A stretch of DNA of 64,000 nt, taken from NCBI RefSeq assembly GCF_001949145.1, contig NW_019091360.1, forward strand, positions 1,423,599 through 1,487,598. The letters are read 5' to 3'. The position numbers were made by a program, and so were the translations under genes. Positions 25,801 to 40,800 of the stretch are shown piece by piece. This stretch comes from Acanthaster planci. Lineage: Eukaryota. A model generated the notes under the pieces. The model ran no database searches. It was given only the letters and a program-made list of their open reading frames with translations, and had not been told where the DNA came from. Numbering within the stretch: position 1 is the stretch's first letter; the number at the start of each line of letters is the position of its first letter.

Positions 25801-28800
25801 ACTGTGCTGGTTTCAGGAACAAAAGAAAATTACATAACACCGCACATTCTTGGCTCTTTTTACAGGCCTGCCTGAAATACTTGGGCGTCGATAGATGTTA
25901 TCTGTCAGATTAGAGTAGACACCAGAGAGTCATTTGTGTAGGTGTACAAAAGTCAAGTAAATGAAAGTTATGAATTTTTCAAAGAATTTTGAAAACAGAA
26001 AAAAATGAAAAATTACCCGGCCCAGCAGAATTAACAGGGGTAAATGGGCCCGGCAGGACGAGGTTACCATAGTGTTCAGTACCTGGGTAGCCTGGTGAAG
26101 GTATGAGTAACGGTGGCCTGTTTGCAGTTACACTCACTGCAGGCATACTCAATGGTTTCGGCATGGAAGAACTGCTCAAGTGCCGTCTGGACGGACCCAA
26201 CAGGGTTGGTGGAACTGTTGGACAAATTCAAGGAAAGAAAAAGTGACACTCTTTCAGTAGAGCATACTATTTGGAAAATGGTGAATACATTTTGAAGTCC
26301 ATTTTGTGTGTGTCTAATTTGCACGTCCCGTGCAGTTGGAAGTGTTGACCCTCTGTGATGGGCTAAAGATTAATTCCGCACCCCAAATTAGAAGCCATGA
26401 TTGCAGTAGCACCACGCCCTGTTGACAGGTGGTACACATGTCCAAATTTAATTAATACCACTTTGACCGACAGGGTGCTCTGTCTTGCCAAATGTTATGC
26501 ACACCTTTACATTACCTTTGCTTACTACAACAGGCTGCATTCAATGTAAGCACAATAGAGCCTGAACGTAAAAGGTCACGCAGCAAGCTTCCGGAACCCT
26601 CACGCGTTCCACCCATGGGGATTTTACTTTGGGCTGTCCTATCTTATCCGATAATTTTTGGGCGAATAATTCCTAACTGACACCACCCCAAGAAACACTC
26701 ATGTTGGAATTTTACGTATGTCTTCCTGAAGTATTTAGAAAAAGTCACCTGGAGATGGGTAAAAAACGAATTCCATCAACGACCTTTCACATCTGACGAT
26801 ATCGTAATTAGGTCTCCTCGTTAATGCATGTTTGTTTCACTCCCTGTGCTTACGTGTAAACGAGATTGTACGTTGCAAAGATTTACCTACTTGTAGTTGA
26901 CAGGTTTCATGTTTTGATTTGACAAAACGCAGTTGTTGTCAACAAAGGTTAAATAAAATATTTGAATCTTTCAAAAACGTAAATTATTGCTATAAGTTTA
27001 TTACCTTATATCCAAAAAGTTTGTGAAATTTTTGATGTTTTTATTTCGGCTTCTACCAGACTACCATAAAATTTCAAACTGTAAATGTTCATCTGCGCAC
27101 GAGACTGCCACATTGGACTGTTCTTCATGTACTTTAGATTTTCAAAGTGGTGGGTCAATTTTTGGCAGGATATTTCTCTTTTAGGTCAGGTAAATTTTCA
27201 GTTTCTATAAGTTGATATACTAGCAAATATTTTCCAAAGCCCTTTTTCCAAGTTGTAACTGAGCGAAAAAACATTACAAATTCTAAAATCTTTGCATGTT
27301 ATTTTTCCTATCCAAGGGTTCCAGAAGCGCGCCATCGGGGGTCAACTTTCAGGCTCTATTCGCGCACATTTGACCAAACCGTTGTGTGTCCCCCCTCCCC
27401 TCCCGACAAGCAAATACTATCTAAGCAAATACTATCCATTTCAAATATAACATTTCAACAACCATTACAAGACACTCTTAGCTTCATGATATTTTTTATG
27501 TCATCTTATTTGCTACTGGCAAGATATTACTCAGTATACTCAAGCAATGAAAACTGAGCTTGTGGCACTTTCTAGTCTGATCACAAGAACAAAATGAAAA
27601 AATAAATACTAGCATTTCATCCTTGTCATATTAATTCAATGGAGATTCTAAAAGTGCACTGAAACCTTCTGAAGAGTAACCCTTGTAAAGACAGCTAAAA
27701 AAAACCTGTTATGGCAATCAGTTGCCGGTCTCACCTCCTTCTGGGCATGTCCAGTGACAGACTGTAGAACTGCTCCTCCTTGGTGACCACCTCCCCGCAC
27801 TGCTTGCAGACGATGGAGTGTAGCACCTCAAACTCAAAGTTCTGCACCACTGGGCAGGGGTGGGGATCCTCCAGGGATTCCTTCCCCTCTGTCTGTGGGC
27901 TTCTGTCACCGGGAGGGGCATCTGTCTTCTGCTTGGCCTCCTCCCAATCTTCCTTGAGTTGGTCCAGGCACTGACAGAGGAACTCTTGGGCATCCTTTGG
28001 GTCAAAGGGTCAAGTGCTAAAGGTCAAGAGTTAGTTTGGTACTTCAACAACACATGCTCGAAATCAGGTGCATCGTAAGGTCATTCAAGAGCACCAGCAT
28101 GTGTGCATGAACTCAACCTTCTCAGACAAGACTAGCACTGCACATGTCTAACCACTTGATGCCAGATGATGTATAAATACACATAATTTTCCTTGTTTGT
28201 TCCATGGCTGACGTTTACACTCGTTTAGAATTTTTGATTTTATTTCCGCAGTTCACATATTAACGCATCATGCTTAGTTGGGTCAAAGCGCAAATGCATA
28301 GTTCAAGAATTTGCAGGCAGAAAAACAAGTCCCCAGCAGCTTTTTTAGGTAAGAAAATCTGACGTTAACTGGCTATAATGGCCTAACTTCAGGCATTAAA
28401 AATTGAAGTGTTGAAAAATCCAACACAAATGATTTCACTTTGAAAGAGTTGAAGCCAGCATTTAAAATGTTACAATCAGCATTTTTAACTTTAGCTTCAG
28501 CATGGTGACCATTAATTCAACTGATAAATTTCAGGGCAAAATTTGGAAAGTGATGAATTGATGACACTTAAATCGTTGAGTTAACTCCTTAAACATTTGA
28601 TTTTACACTCTCTAAGTTGTCATTTACCCATCTAAAGCAAGTATTGGACTCAACAATTCAGTTGTTGACATACAGTAAAAATAACAAATCTTTGAACTCA
28701 CGTGTTGCATGAACCCAGAGAACCTGGTTGCCGTGGAGGATATCGCTTGCTTGACCCGACGGAGGTGAGTCCCCACCCTGTCGGGGGATTGGTTCCGTTG

Positions 28801-31800
28801 TTTGGCAAAAAACAGGGAAGCTAGCGCCCTGAATGAGAGTATTTTTCAACAATTAGTCCCTATGCCTCATACATATTCATGATCTAACTACAAGTGGCAC
28901 AGAACAGCCAGCTAAAATCAATGTGCTGAATTTAATTGTGACTATTCATCTGTTTTAAAAGCATAAAAATCAGAGCTGTTACTAAGTGCATTTCTGTAAA
29001 GACATAAACTTGTACGTCAAGTTAGCTTTGTAAATTAAACTATTTTTCATAAATAACTCAGACAGTCTCCCTATTCAACAGCGTGCAACTTGACTGTGTA
29101 TTAACATTTGATAATGCCCACTGAGAAGTGATAATGCCCGCTGTGTAAATCACGCGTTGGCACCTGGATACAAGACAATTTAGTTGATTCTGATCAGTAA
29201 CAAGTCTGCCTGCACGCTGCTTGCCATGCGCACCGATTGGACCATTTGTACAAGGAATATTCCATAAAATAGACAGGGGATGTTTGGGAAAATGAAAATA
29301 AACTTCTCGAACAAAATCGCTGGAAATTCCTCATATTTTGACCTCTTTTGACGTTCTGACTAAAAAGGTATTTATGAATGGGAATAAATATGTCTTTGGC
29401 CGGTAGTTTATTACCGGCTCAGGAGACTGAACGCTTAGTCATGTCCATTCTCCTGATTCAGTCTTAACACATGTTTAAGACCAGCCAAGCACATATTTAA
29501 ACCCTTATCAAGACATGCAAATGCACCAAACTTCAAATGTGGTAGGGTATACCTTCATGGAGAGGTGAAAGATAAGCCGCATGTGAGTCAACTGGCTGCG
29601 GCTTACAATTACACAACTCTATGGGAACTGGTTGCAGCCACTCCCACATACTCATGTGTAATTTTAAGTCGCTGCCAAGTCATTTGAACACGGCTATGAA
29701 CAGCAATATTTGGGCCTGAAACAGAAATTCTGAGGAGTATTCTCACTTGTAGAGACTGTCTTTCTGCATGAGATGGAGGAGACTGCCGTTGAGTACATCC
29801 ATGGTGAAGCGGTCTAGGGCGAACAGAGATTGCAAGATTGCGTTCATGTAGCAGGTATTGCCCAGATTAGAAAACCTGTCACAGATGAAAAAATGGCTAA
29901 GTCAAACCTAATAGTTCATCAGGGATTTATAATCAAAGCTGCTGATGAAATTGATAAAAAAAAACCCTAAATCTAACCAACTCATCTTGTTCTCTTTTAC
30001 TGGTCAAAACATAGCAAGGAGCTACTAGGTCCACATAAAGCAAGTGAATGAGAAATCCCAAGATTGGCGTCCTCTATTGAAGTGGGGAAATAACTGCCAC
30101 TGAAGATACGAATGACCGAAGTCCCCAATCAGGTTCAGATTAGGCCCACAAATTTATGATTATTTTTTTCAATCATTAATCATTCCATTTTGGATTACTG
30201 TTTCAATGAATTGAACAGCCAATTTCTTCCATACATGTATGTCGATTTTCAAGTAAAGTTTATTGACAATAACAAACTAGCTTATCGTCTGTTTTGAGAG
30301 TAGTGCTGCAAGTAGGTGCCAAGGTTCGGTTCGGACACAGTTCGGATATTTTTTGCCAAACTTCAGTTTGGTTAGGGTTCGGACATGTATACACATGTAC
30401 GTACATGTACAATGTACATTGAAACATTGAAGAGTTTGCTACAAAGGTGACGTAGTACTTCCAGGAATAAAATTTGTTATTACAAGCAATCAATCTCCTC
30501 TACATCCCGATCAACGGGCAAGTTCAATTTGAACACATTTTTTTCCCCAAAGTTTGTTTAGGAATTAAAATTCCATGCAAAGTTACAGTTGGAGGTGTGA
30601 CATTTTCCGTTTTGCCAACCTAAAGGGGTTGTGTTTGGACCACGCTTGACTAAACAAAACGATCATACGATATGTGAAAACAGAAAAAAAACAGCATGCT
30701 CAAATGGGAGTTACCTCCTTTACAGGAAACAAGATTGAATTAGATTTTGAGCGAATTGTATTTTGGTTCTTTTTCGCAAAGCAGATTCAACTACCAAACT
30801 ATGACATTCAATGTATTCAAAGAACCCAGGTATCACGTCAGCATTCTTTCCTAGGACGGTGCCCACATGGCCAAAGGGGTGAGTTTCCATCAGTCTTTTT
30901 CAAACGAATAATGGCATTTTGTTCTGTGATATTTGCCAACAAGTAGAGATCTAGCAAAATTTCATTACAAAGTATTCACACCACAACTTTGATCAAACAC
31001 GATCAAACCAAAGGCAAGTTAGGCCACCGTGGGAACCAAATCTTATCGCTCGCTCGAGCGCTGCACTGGCTGCCTGGCAAAATCAGCATTCCCTCCAGAG
31101 TTACCTTTGACCAAGCAGGAGTCCAACTATGATCAGCATCCAATCAAAATTCATTTTGCAGAACCATTTATGACATCACTGGTCTAATATGGAACATAAG
31201 GGCATTGCTGTCGGAGATTGGCAAACATAATGCTAATATCCCAATATGCATTTACATTAGCACGACTGGATTTAGTGAGAATTTTAATAGCAGCGTTATG
31301 CAGCGGAAATGCTGTACATCGCATATTCTCAGTTGATTATTAGACAACTCTTCCCACATCCTTTTTACATACATCGAATGATGCGGGGCCATCGCAAGTT
31401 TACTGTACATGTACATTTACAATACAGGTGTACATGCACATGTGCCGAGCACCCATGCAGCATAACTCGTTATCCATTTTTCGTTGTTTGCCTTTTTTAT
31501 CAAGTTTTTTTAATGCATTCTGTGCGCTATCAATGCCATGCCATATTAAAGCCAAACACCTGAACCGATCAGTTTGGTTCGGTTCAGTTCAAAAGTGCCA
31601 TGCTCTATGACTTTTGGTTCGGATCGGTGGTTTGGCTGCAGCACTAGTTGAGAGCTTAAATGGTAAACTTTATCCACTTGAACCTTTCTGGACAAGTTTT
31701 GCACATGGACTATTTGATGTTTTTCCTTTTTTACATTTTCAGCCACTCTCTTGCGCAGTCTGACAGGAAACCTATTGTATTTCATAATGGTGTTTGATTG

Positions 31801-34800
31801 CCCCAATAGAAAAATGTAACTGAATAATTCACACTGATTAATTCAGGAGCAAATAAATAGTTACAGCTCCATGAAAAATCTCAGACTCACCCTTGTAGGG
31901 AGACCTGAGATGTCTTGACGGCTGTTGGGACATTTCGCTGGCTCCAGCCCACGTACTTGTTGCCCAAGCACGGCTTCTTGGGCTGCGGAAGGCTGAGAAA
32001 ACCAGGGGTCCGCTTGATGGAAGTATTGGTGTTGGTTTGCCTGGGAAGTTAACAAATACAGTGGGGTACAGGGTGATAATGAGGCACAGATGTCCACATT
32101 GAGGATTAGGGATCTGTAAGGTCTCCTCCGAAACCTGAAACTTTATCGTACTGTACTTTGGCATGAGCGCTTACAGTATAGCCTGTGCTGGTACATATGT
32201 GGCGTTATGTACACGCTTGTTATGATGCAAATCTTCCCTTAGACTCTTACCATAATGATGACAAAACCTACTAATCCAAATTATTCTAAGAAGTCAAAGA
32301 TTTTAGCATTATGGCAGTCAATACGTTATTGCTACCAACAAAATATACACTCTCAACTAGCATGGCTCTTTTTCAACCAATGAGGGGGTGCTTCTGCTCA
32401 GAGCAGAGAGGCTTACAAACATTTGTCAAAATAAATGTGAGGAAAAAAAATATGCAGGCCCAAAAAGTCTTGACCTTCTAAAAAGCAAGCCTGTTTTCTT
32501 GATGCTTTAGAGTATTTTAAGAGAAATCTCAGTATGTTATGATGACAAGAAGGAAGACAGGTCAAAATGTTAGCAAATTTCACAGATGACCTGATCCGAA
32601 TTTGAAAGCATACTGGAAAAAGTGTGGAAGCACATGTCAATTTTGACTTCAGATGAACTTAAAATGACTAGTTACTTGACCTGCGACCAGACTTGTGGAA
32701 AATGAATTGGTTATAACCCTGACTAGTTCGCATACACTTCTTCGTGTTTTTTGTCAGTATCAGAACTTTTCTATTATAGCAGTCTTTGGTTGGGAATTGA
32801 TTGACTGATGGACCGATGTGATAGGTTTTTGAAATATGTGCTTGGTGATTTCAAATAGATGGTGTGATTCTATTAAGACTTACGTTATCTAAATTCATAA
32901 AATCCAGCATAAATTTGACGACTGTTATGACAAATTATATATTTTCAGGCCAGAGTTGGGTCAATTTGGGACAGCCTGAAACCTTGGACTTACCTCGGCT
33001 GCAGGAGTGCATCTGAGGCAGTGAAACCAGGTGCTTGGCGCCCTCTACTGTAAAATGCCTTCACACTAGAAACAGGCTTTGGAGCAGCTAAATGGGAATA
33101 TAGTATATATCAATTGAATCTGGAATTTGACCAGTTCTGAGCTGCCTCTGCATTGTTCTTTGAACTTCCAATCGCACTTCCTTTTGGAAGTTATGTTTCA
33201 CGTAACAATTCATTTTTGTACAGTTGACCAAGCCGACTACCTCAAGGTAAAGTGGAGAATATTTCTCGTTTCTAAAAAATATAATACTGACCGAGTCCCT
33301 AAAATGAGCAGCAAGCCAAGCTGTCTTGATTCAAGACTTGATTGTGACCCAACATTTCAAACCCGGGCTGAATCCATTTAATGTTGGACTATTCGTCTCT
33401 CTCAGGATGAAGTTTAAACTTCAAAGCGATCAAAAGTTTTTTTAAAATCATCTGCTAAAGAACTTTAGTAGTTACGGGCCCTGACGGTTGTGGAATTTGC
33501 AATTTTATGCAAATAATTTTCTCAGATAATGAATTTATAATTCTCAGCCTGGGTAAGGAATGGTAGGCGATAATTTTCTTTTTATCTCACAGTAAATAAT
33601 TTCATTGCACTTGGTGGATTCAGAAAAACGACTCCACAAACTTGACAAGGGAAGGCGCTGGATACCACTCACTATTTTCCTTCCTCTCTTCGAGCTGAAG
33701 TTGCTTCTCCTGAAACGAAGCCATGAAGAGGGACCCGCCCTCTTCCTTCCGCATCTGGTACACGCTCTTGCTAGCTCCACCCATCTTTGGCGTTCTGCAA
33801 TGGATAGAGTTTAAATCAAGTCCACTGCGAGATTAAGGTAAACCTTTCTTGCAAACAATCCAAGGGGCCCAAATTTAAATTCAAATAAAACAAACAGGGA
33901 ACTGGTTTTTTTAATGGGCTGGGTCTCTCCTTAAAAAGTTGTAACTTGCATGGTTTTAAACAATTTGAAATAAAATTGGTTGAGGTATTTATTTCAAATC
34001 TGTGGCAACAGTGCCTCTTACAAAAGTTAAAAGTCCACCTGTCATCCATAACAAGTCTTGGATCTATGCAAACTTCCTGATATGTGTTTTTTCAGATGGG
34101 GAACATTGTGATATTTGTGCCACATTATTTCAGAAAACCTTTATTAAATTTTAAAATCACTCCCTTTAAACTAAACATTTATGCACAGAAGAAACACTCT
34201 GGCAAGATGGACACTTGATACGATTACGCCGGGCCAAAGTTATTACTTCTGGACAACTTCCATGATACCTTTCCTGGTGCATGTAAGTCTTGGAACCTTT
34301 AACAGACTGACAAATAAACCAAAAAGGGAGCTGACTTAGCCAACATTTGACTCTCACTTGAACACCTCAGAATGCTTATCAAAAGGATTTCCACTGCAAA
34401 TACCAGGTTAACGAAAGCAAAACAAAAATCTTTGCCAGTGGTCGGCAGATTTCTTGGTAAGCTAGGAAGCTTGCTGGAGACACGTGCGCATTCTTAACTG
34501 AGACCTCTGAGCTTAGCGCGGCAAGCATCGAAACTGTCCCTGTTTGCCTTTCAGGACAACCCTAGGGATTTTGCACTGGTGGAACTGGGAACACAGGCTG
34601 GTTCCCAGCAGAAATGACTTCAGAGCATCAAACGTATTCATGTCAAGACGTCTGACTACAAATACTTGCAGAGTGCCAAAGCTGAGAGGCAAACACGTGT
34701 TCATCTCTGCCAAGAATGTACCAAGGCCCAAAAGAACCAGAACGTCCACAAGTCGGAGGTGTTCTATTGCTATACAAAGTCCTTTTGTTTTTTTTCTCAC

Positions 34801-37800
34801 ATGTGATTTTTTGCGCCGATGTTCTCCTTGTCGCCGTCCATCTGTTCGCCCATGAACATCATCGACAAAAGGTCTGCAGATGCATCGTCGCTGCCCGTGC
34901 TGTCCCCCTCTCTGCTCTCCCAGCCCCGGTTGGGCTCAGAGGTGACCAGGCCCATGGCGGCTTTGATGTGGCTGGGGGTCGTCATGGGATTGGGAGAGGT
35001 TCGGCCTGCAGTCCCCATAGGGGTGGATGGGTTCCAGGGCGTCAGTGCCGCAGAACTTCTGGGCGTGGTCGGAGATATGCGAGTTCTTGGGACAGTATTT
35101 TCCGGGTGGTTGACCAGCGAGTTCCTTCCTCCTAGGTTCTGGAACACAAGAGACCATTTTTAGAGGATTGATTACAAATGCACAAGGGGAGGGGGTAAGT
35201 TTCAAGAATGCATGCATCTTGCAAACAGGGACGGGTATGAGGCAATACAAAAGCAAAGAGCGTTAAATTTACTTTCAATAAAATGAAGTGAAATTAGTGC
35301 ACTTTTTTCCTATTTATACCAAAAAGTTTGAGTGCTTTTACTTTATGGACAGCCAAAATGGCAAACTGTGACACAATTAAATGAGGATGCTAGCGTTTAC
35401 ACACTGCACTTGAATGTACCAGTAGGTATTAAAACAGAATCCAACTTACATGGTACGTGCATACTCATTGGTTGTCAGAATGTTAAAACGTATGAAAACC
35501 TACGGCCATGACTGAATCAACTCTGACTTGGCAACAGAACAACTGACGGATAGACCGACCAACTGAAAAACGCAATTCAGAAAGATGAATATATACTCTA
35601 CTTACTTGCTTGACTGGAGTGTACACTTGTGACTGAGGGGACATGAGGCTCAGCTGCGCTGAAGAATTGGGCCTTTTATCTGTTGGATAATGGCACAAAC
35701 AAATCCCATAATTCAAAAGCTGACATTTTAAGAAATACTCCAGATCTCCCAACATCGGCTATCAAGAATGCGAACTCCTTTATCCCGGCGTTCTTAGCTG
35801 TGGTTCCGAGCGAAACCGGGCACCGTGCAACGCATACAGTGTTAGTTACAATGTAGCTTGTCAATAGAGGGCGTTTTATCACGTGATCACATCCAATAAG
35901 GCAAGTATGCATCAAAAGAGGGTGCTCCCACAGATGTGGCGCATTGCAGTACAGTCCATGCACGACATTATGTGGACATTTTACGATAAATGAGAAGCAT
36001 GTCAAAATTGTGATTTGGCAGAAATTTTAGGGGCAAAATCAGAATGACGGAAAGGAAGTGTAAAAGCAGAAATTCTAAGCAAAAATCGGGAGGGTTGGGA
36101 GGTCTGCTATTTCCCAATTATCCTTTTGATGTTGCTGCCTTACCATGTTTTGAACTCATGTGGCAACTACGCCCTTCGTTGTAAAACTGCAAAATTTCTT
36201 CTTTGATGGCATGAACTGAATTGTGCGATCTTCTCATGGTGTAAACATCCAATTGAAAATTAGTCTCCTGACGGGAATGAAGTAGACTTCAAGATAAAAT
36301 GGGTTTTGAGTCATAAAATTTTGACTCAATGAGAGTTTACTGCCGGAGACGATGTGCACGCTCCACTGTAAAGAGATTCTCACCTCTCTTGCGTGCCTTG
36401 TGCAAGTCCTCCAAAATATCGGCAAAGCGGGTGATTTCACTGGGCCGGTTTGGGTGCTCTGGCTTCCCATTGACTTTGCTCTTCCAGTTGATGTTGGCAC
36501 CGGTGGCCAGGCTGATGTTGCAGCGGGGAACGTGGTGGTTGAAGATCACCCCTTTGATCTGATTGGTAACCTAAAGTACAAGAATTGATACGATTGGTTG
36601 AGATTGCATTCACTAGGAATGGCAGCACACCTTGACAGCGACAACTGAAATAATCACTGGGACAAGTTTCCCAAATCTTTTGTCTCATTTCAGCCCATCA
36701 AGAATACCCTGATAAAAGTTTTCTTCAAACCAGGTCACAGTGCTACTGAAGTCAAGCAACAGCGACTTGGCAAAAACATGCATTTGAAATGGAGGCAGAA
36801 AAAGTCTGCATTCTACCAAATCAACTGATGCTATTCTTTATCATTTTCCTCACGCATTACCTAACCCCCCAGTCTCCTGCACTAGAAAGCATACTGAACC
36901 TCACCAAATCCAACAGGTTCATGTACTTGTCTATGTACTTGTACATGCAGGTTACTGTACCAAACCTGATAAACTCCAACAGAATGAATCTGTTTGGAGT
37001 TTGAGTGATATGGTATGGATGGGTCTATGCAGTATAGGATGACTTGCACTGAACAGTACCAAACCTGAAAAAATCAAGCATAGTCCAACAATTGGTACAG
37101 CAAGCCAGACACTGCACACAATGATCCCGGTGCATCCCAACTCGCACAGAATCCAACACTATCTCCCTGGGCCTTTCATCCCAAGTCTCACAAAATTCAA
37201 CAAGAAGTTCCTCAGGTACAGTACCAAACCTGCCAAAACCTCACGAAACCTGCTGTTGGAGTGTGGCAGGTTTAGGGTAGTCAGGGTCAAAAAGAGTAGA
37301 CTGTGTCCTTGCTTTTCGTATCTCACTCAACATTGTTGTGAATGAAGACAGGTGCATGTACATGTACAGATGTATTAGAAGTGTGAAAAAATGTACCTTG
37401 CTTACATACACAATGATTACATGTACATAAACTGATAATTTATGATTACATGTCTAAAATCTTAATTAACCCTAACCGCCAAGCATATTGTTTGGCTTAC
37501 ACTACACAGTACTACCAAATACTAAGTAATAGTCTGAGCCTGAAGGACCTAGCGCTACAGATTACTACTTCGGCTAGGTTACTTCCATTGTTACTTGTAC
37601 AGAGAACAATAAAACCATGCATTCATAGTGTCACAGCACTGTATGGTACATTGCCTTATCTATTTTATCATATGGCTTCACAGAACAATAAAGTCATGTC
37701 CTCTTACAAGCGACAGCGCTCAGTCACATTTTACAACAAGTAGTAATTTGTAGCATTATGTAGGGTTAGGGTTAACGAAGGCAAAATTATCCCTTCCTCT

Positions 37801-40800
37801 AACCACTCCAGTAACAGTATCAGGAGAAAAAATGGATCTTTTTAAAGGTTCTCTTTAAGAGCTGTAAATGGTACATGCACCATTTGGCCTACACATGAGA
37901 GCTTAATCAGATGCAGTGAGTGATGTGGGATAAATTTTCAATTGAATGAGCAAAAAATTTGGTTGCCTCCATGCGACGAATCCACATGGGTGACATGCAG
38001 TACATGCGCATTTCATTTTGCTCTATGCCCAAAAAAATGCAAACACGTGTACGTATGCACAGCACATGAATTTTGCCATGACAAGTTTTCAATTGGATTT
38101 TATCAGTACCTGATGCACTCGTTTAACACTGACTGAATACAGGTGATTCACAATAGTGTGCCTCCAAGAGTTTGCAACGCGTCGACCAAGCACAGTGCGC
38201 TAAATCTGTCAACCCTTTCCAAATGCGCGCACATTGGGTAAACATATTTCAGGCACTGTGATTGGTCAAAATGTTGCAAACTCTTGGAGGCGCACTATTG
38301 TGAATCGGCCATATTACACATATGTTTCAGAGGGAAATTATCAACTGCGCATGTCCCGTTCTTGCGGTCATTTGCATGTGTAATGAGGGCCATGGTAGTT
38401 CGTGCCAGGCAAACAGCTGCTTCATCTTATGAAATTTACGCATTTTCATGGTAAGATAAGGCCTTTTCCTAACATGTTTTGGGAAAAAAAATTGAGAAAT
38501 AGTACCAGAGTGGTCAAAACTTGTGATTATTGTGAAAAGCTCATTTCATAAACGGTAGTTTGTTTACGTTTTGATGCAATTTTTGAAGGCTTGAAACAGT
38601 GAATTTGAAGTTTTCCTGAAGTTTCCAAAAGTGGGCTGTGGAGGAGAAAGGTGTGAAGGTTTTAAATTTGCTGACGGTTTTGCGCTAGATTTTTTCTCTT
38701 TCCGACCGGACGCATTTGCATATCGACCTAACTCAACACCGATTCCATTCATCTTGTATAATCTTACAGCGCTGTGATCGTAAGAATTAAGTGACCCGGG
38801 AACGAATGATGAACTCAGAAGTACAGTAAGTTAACATGAAGTTTATTACTGCTCAGAAGTACAGTTTTTTACTGAAACCGAGGCCTATCTGTCATTATAA
38901 AATTGTCAGGAAAATGTTGAAATTCACAGGATATCCCCTGTTTCACATGTACTATACAAACATGAATCACATGAACACGTACACCAGCTCCGTCAAGAAT
39001 ATCCATGCATCTGTACGTGTACATGTACACCGTGGTACTTGTGTAACAAGCCGCAGTGTACTGTGCACAGTTTTGATCGGTTTTGTGCATGTAAAACATG
39101 TACAGATCGCTCTGCGCAGAAGTATCAAATATAACTCATGAAAGTCGAACAAGAAAATCTAGCTAGATAGAGCTGATTTGATGTGTAGTTGAGATTCTGG
39201 CCTGTCGTATGCAGTGTCTCGATGCTTTGGGAAAACTTCTGAAAGTGAGAAGTTTAGTGGAAAACAAGACCAAGTGATCGATTGGAAATGGAAATAATTT
39301 ATCATCTTAGCAACCACTTTGAGGCTAAGTTTCATATTTATGTAGCATTTCTCTTCGTGAGTCTGTAGTGCTTTATTCGGTTTAAACCTTCTAGAGCACA
39401 TACAAAGAGTTTCAATGTGATCATTTGTTAACTTTGTGCAATTGAAGTCTTCAAAACGAGAAGGCTCAACAGAGGATTGACAAGTTGCTAAGGACATTTC
39501 CGTATGGTTCACGAGATTCTGGTCAAGCAACTGCCGCGTATGGTCGAAGTCATTAATTTCCACACAAATGGGGGTGAAACATACATGTACGTGATTAAAG
39601 GAACTTTTTAATTTAGCTGAACTTATTCATTGAAAGACAGCCCTCGAAAGACATCATACGAAATCGAACGATCTTGCTCAATGTTAGGGAAATGTTCATT
39701 TTAAAATAATGTGGGTGTGGGCCTAAATAATCACGTGCCACTGCTCTGTACATGTGCATCTTATTCAAAATACATGCTGACGTTAGTATGCACCTGGATT
39801 GAAAATGTCTGCACCCAGGATGGCGTCAAATTTTCTCCACGCGGAGAATTAGAAGTTAGTGCTCTACATTTTAAATATAGCTCTATTTAAAACATTAAAA
39901 ATGGTCTGTAGCTCCTTCACTTTGAACAATGTGTTCTTCAAGGTATGGCCCATCATTTGCAGTTCTCCAAAAAGGAACTAGCACAATTATTGTTGAAAAG
40001 CATACACAAATTTACTTGAATGATAGTTATGGGACCAAACTCTTGGTTAAATTATTCTTTCTGGCAAGGTGTCATTTTGAAGATGCATCTAAAGATGCGT
40101 TTTGAAAAATTGCTTTCAAAAGTGCGCACCAGCATTGACACACATGGGCGAGGTTACTGTATTTTGTCAGTTCAGTGCGTTAAACTGTGTAGCTCCATTC
40201 GACTGAATGTGAAAATGTATCCCAGATGCTGAATTCCGGCGTAACATGCCTTTTGCAAGTACTAAATTTGAATAAAATCTGGTACACTGAGTTCTTTAAA
40301 TTCACAGGAACATAATGTAAATTCTCCATACTAAAGACACTGTTGCTACATCCGGGGGCAAGCTTTTGCTTCGATACATAAAAGACGCCTTGCACCAATA
40401 CAATGTTTTCAATGAATAAGGAACCAGTCCATTCCAGAGATGGTGGTTGCTATGCAAAAGCTTGCCCTGCATCACGAGGTACAGCAACAGTGCCTTTAAT
40501 CTGGGAAATTCAAATCATTATGTTCATGTGCAATCGGATAAGTCAGTGTGACAGATTTTGTTGAACTTTAACTCGCAAAATGCTCATTTAAAACAGGAGT
40601 CAACAAACTCTGATCAGAAATCCAAATCCCAGAACATTGTTTTTCTCAAAATATTCACACAGCTGAAACTTTATCAGGTTTGTTCCGAGGCACCCTTCTA
40701 CAGATTTTGAATAATATTGTTGCCTCAAAGACTGTACTTTTAATCATTTCATTTAGATTATGCAGGACTTTGTGTGATCTTGCATAATTTCTTTGCTCAT

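Noticed and set aside
32539..32595. ATGATGA...CTGA, possible C/D-box snoRNA in an intron
   Set aside because: No terminal stem, short, no recognisable rRNA guide, and antisense to the host gene.
33037..33050. CTCF-like word GCGCCCTCTACTG and similar words elsewhere
   Set aside because: This copy is within a coding exon and others sit in repeats; short matches cannot be separated from chance by eye.
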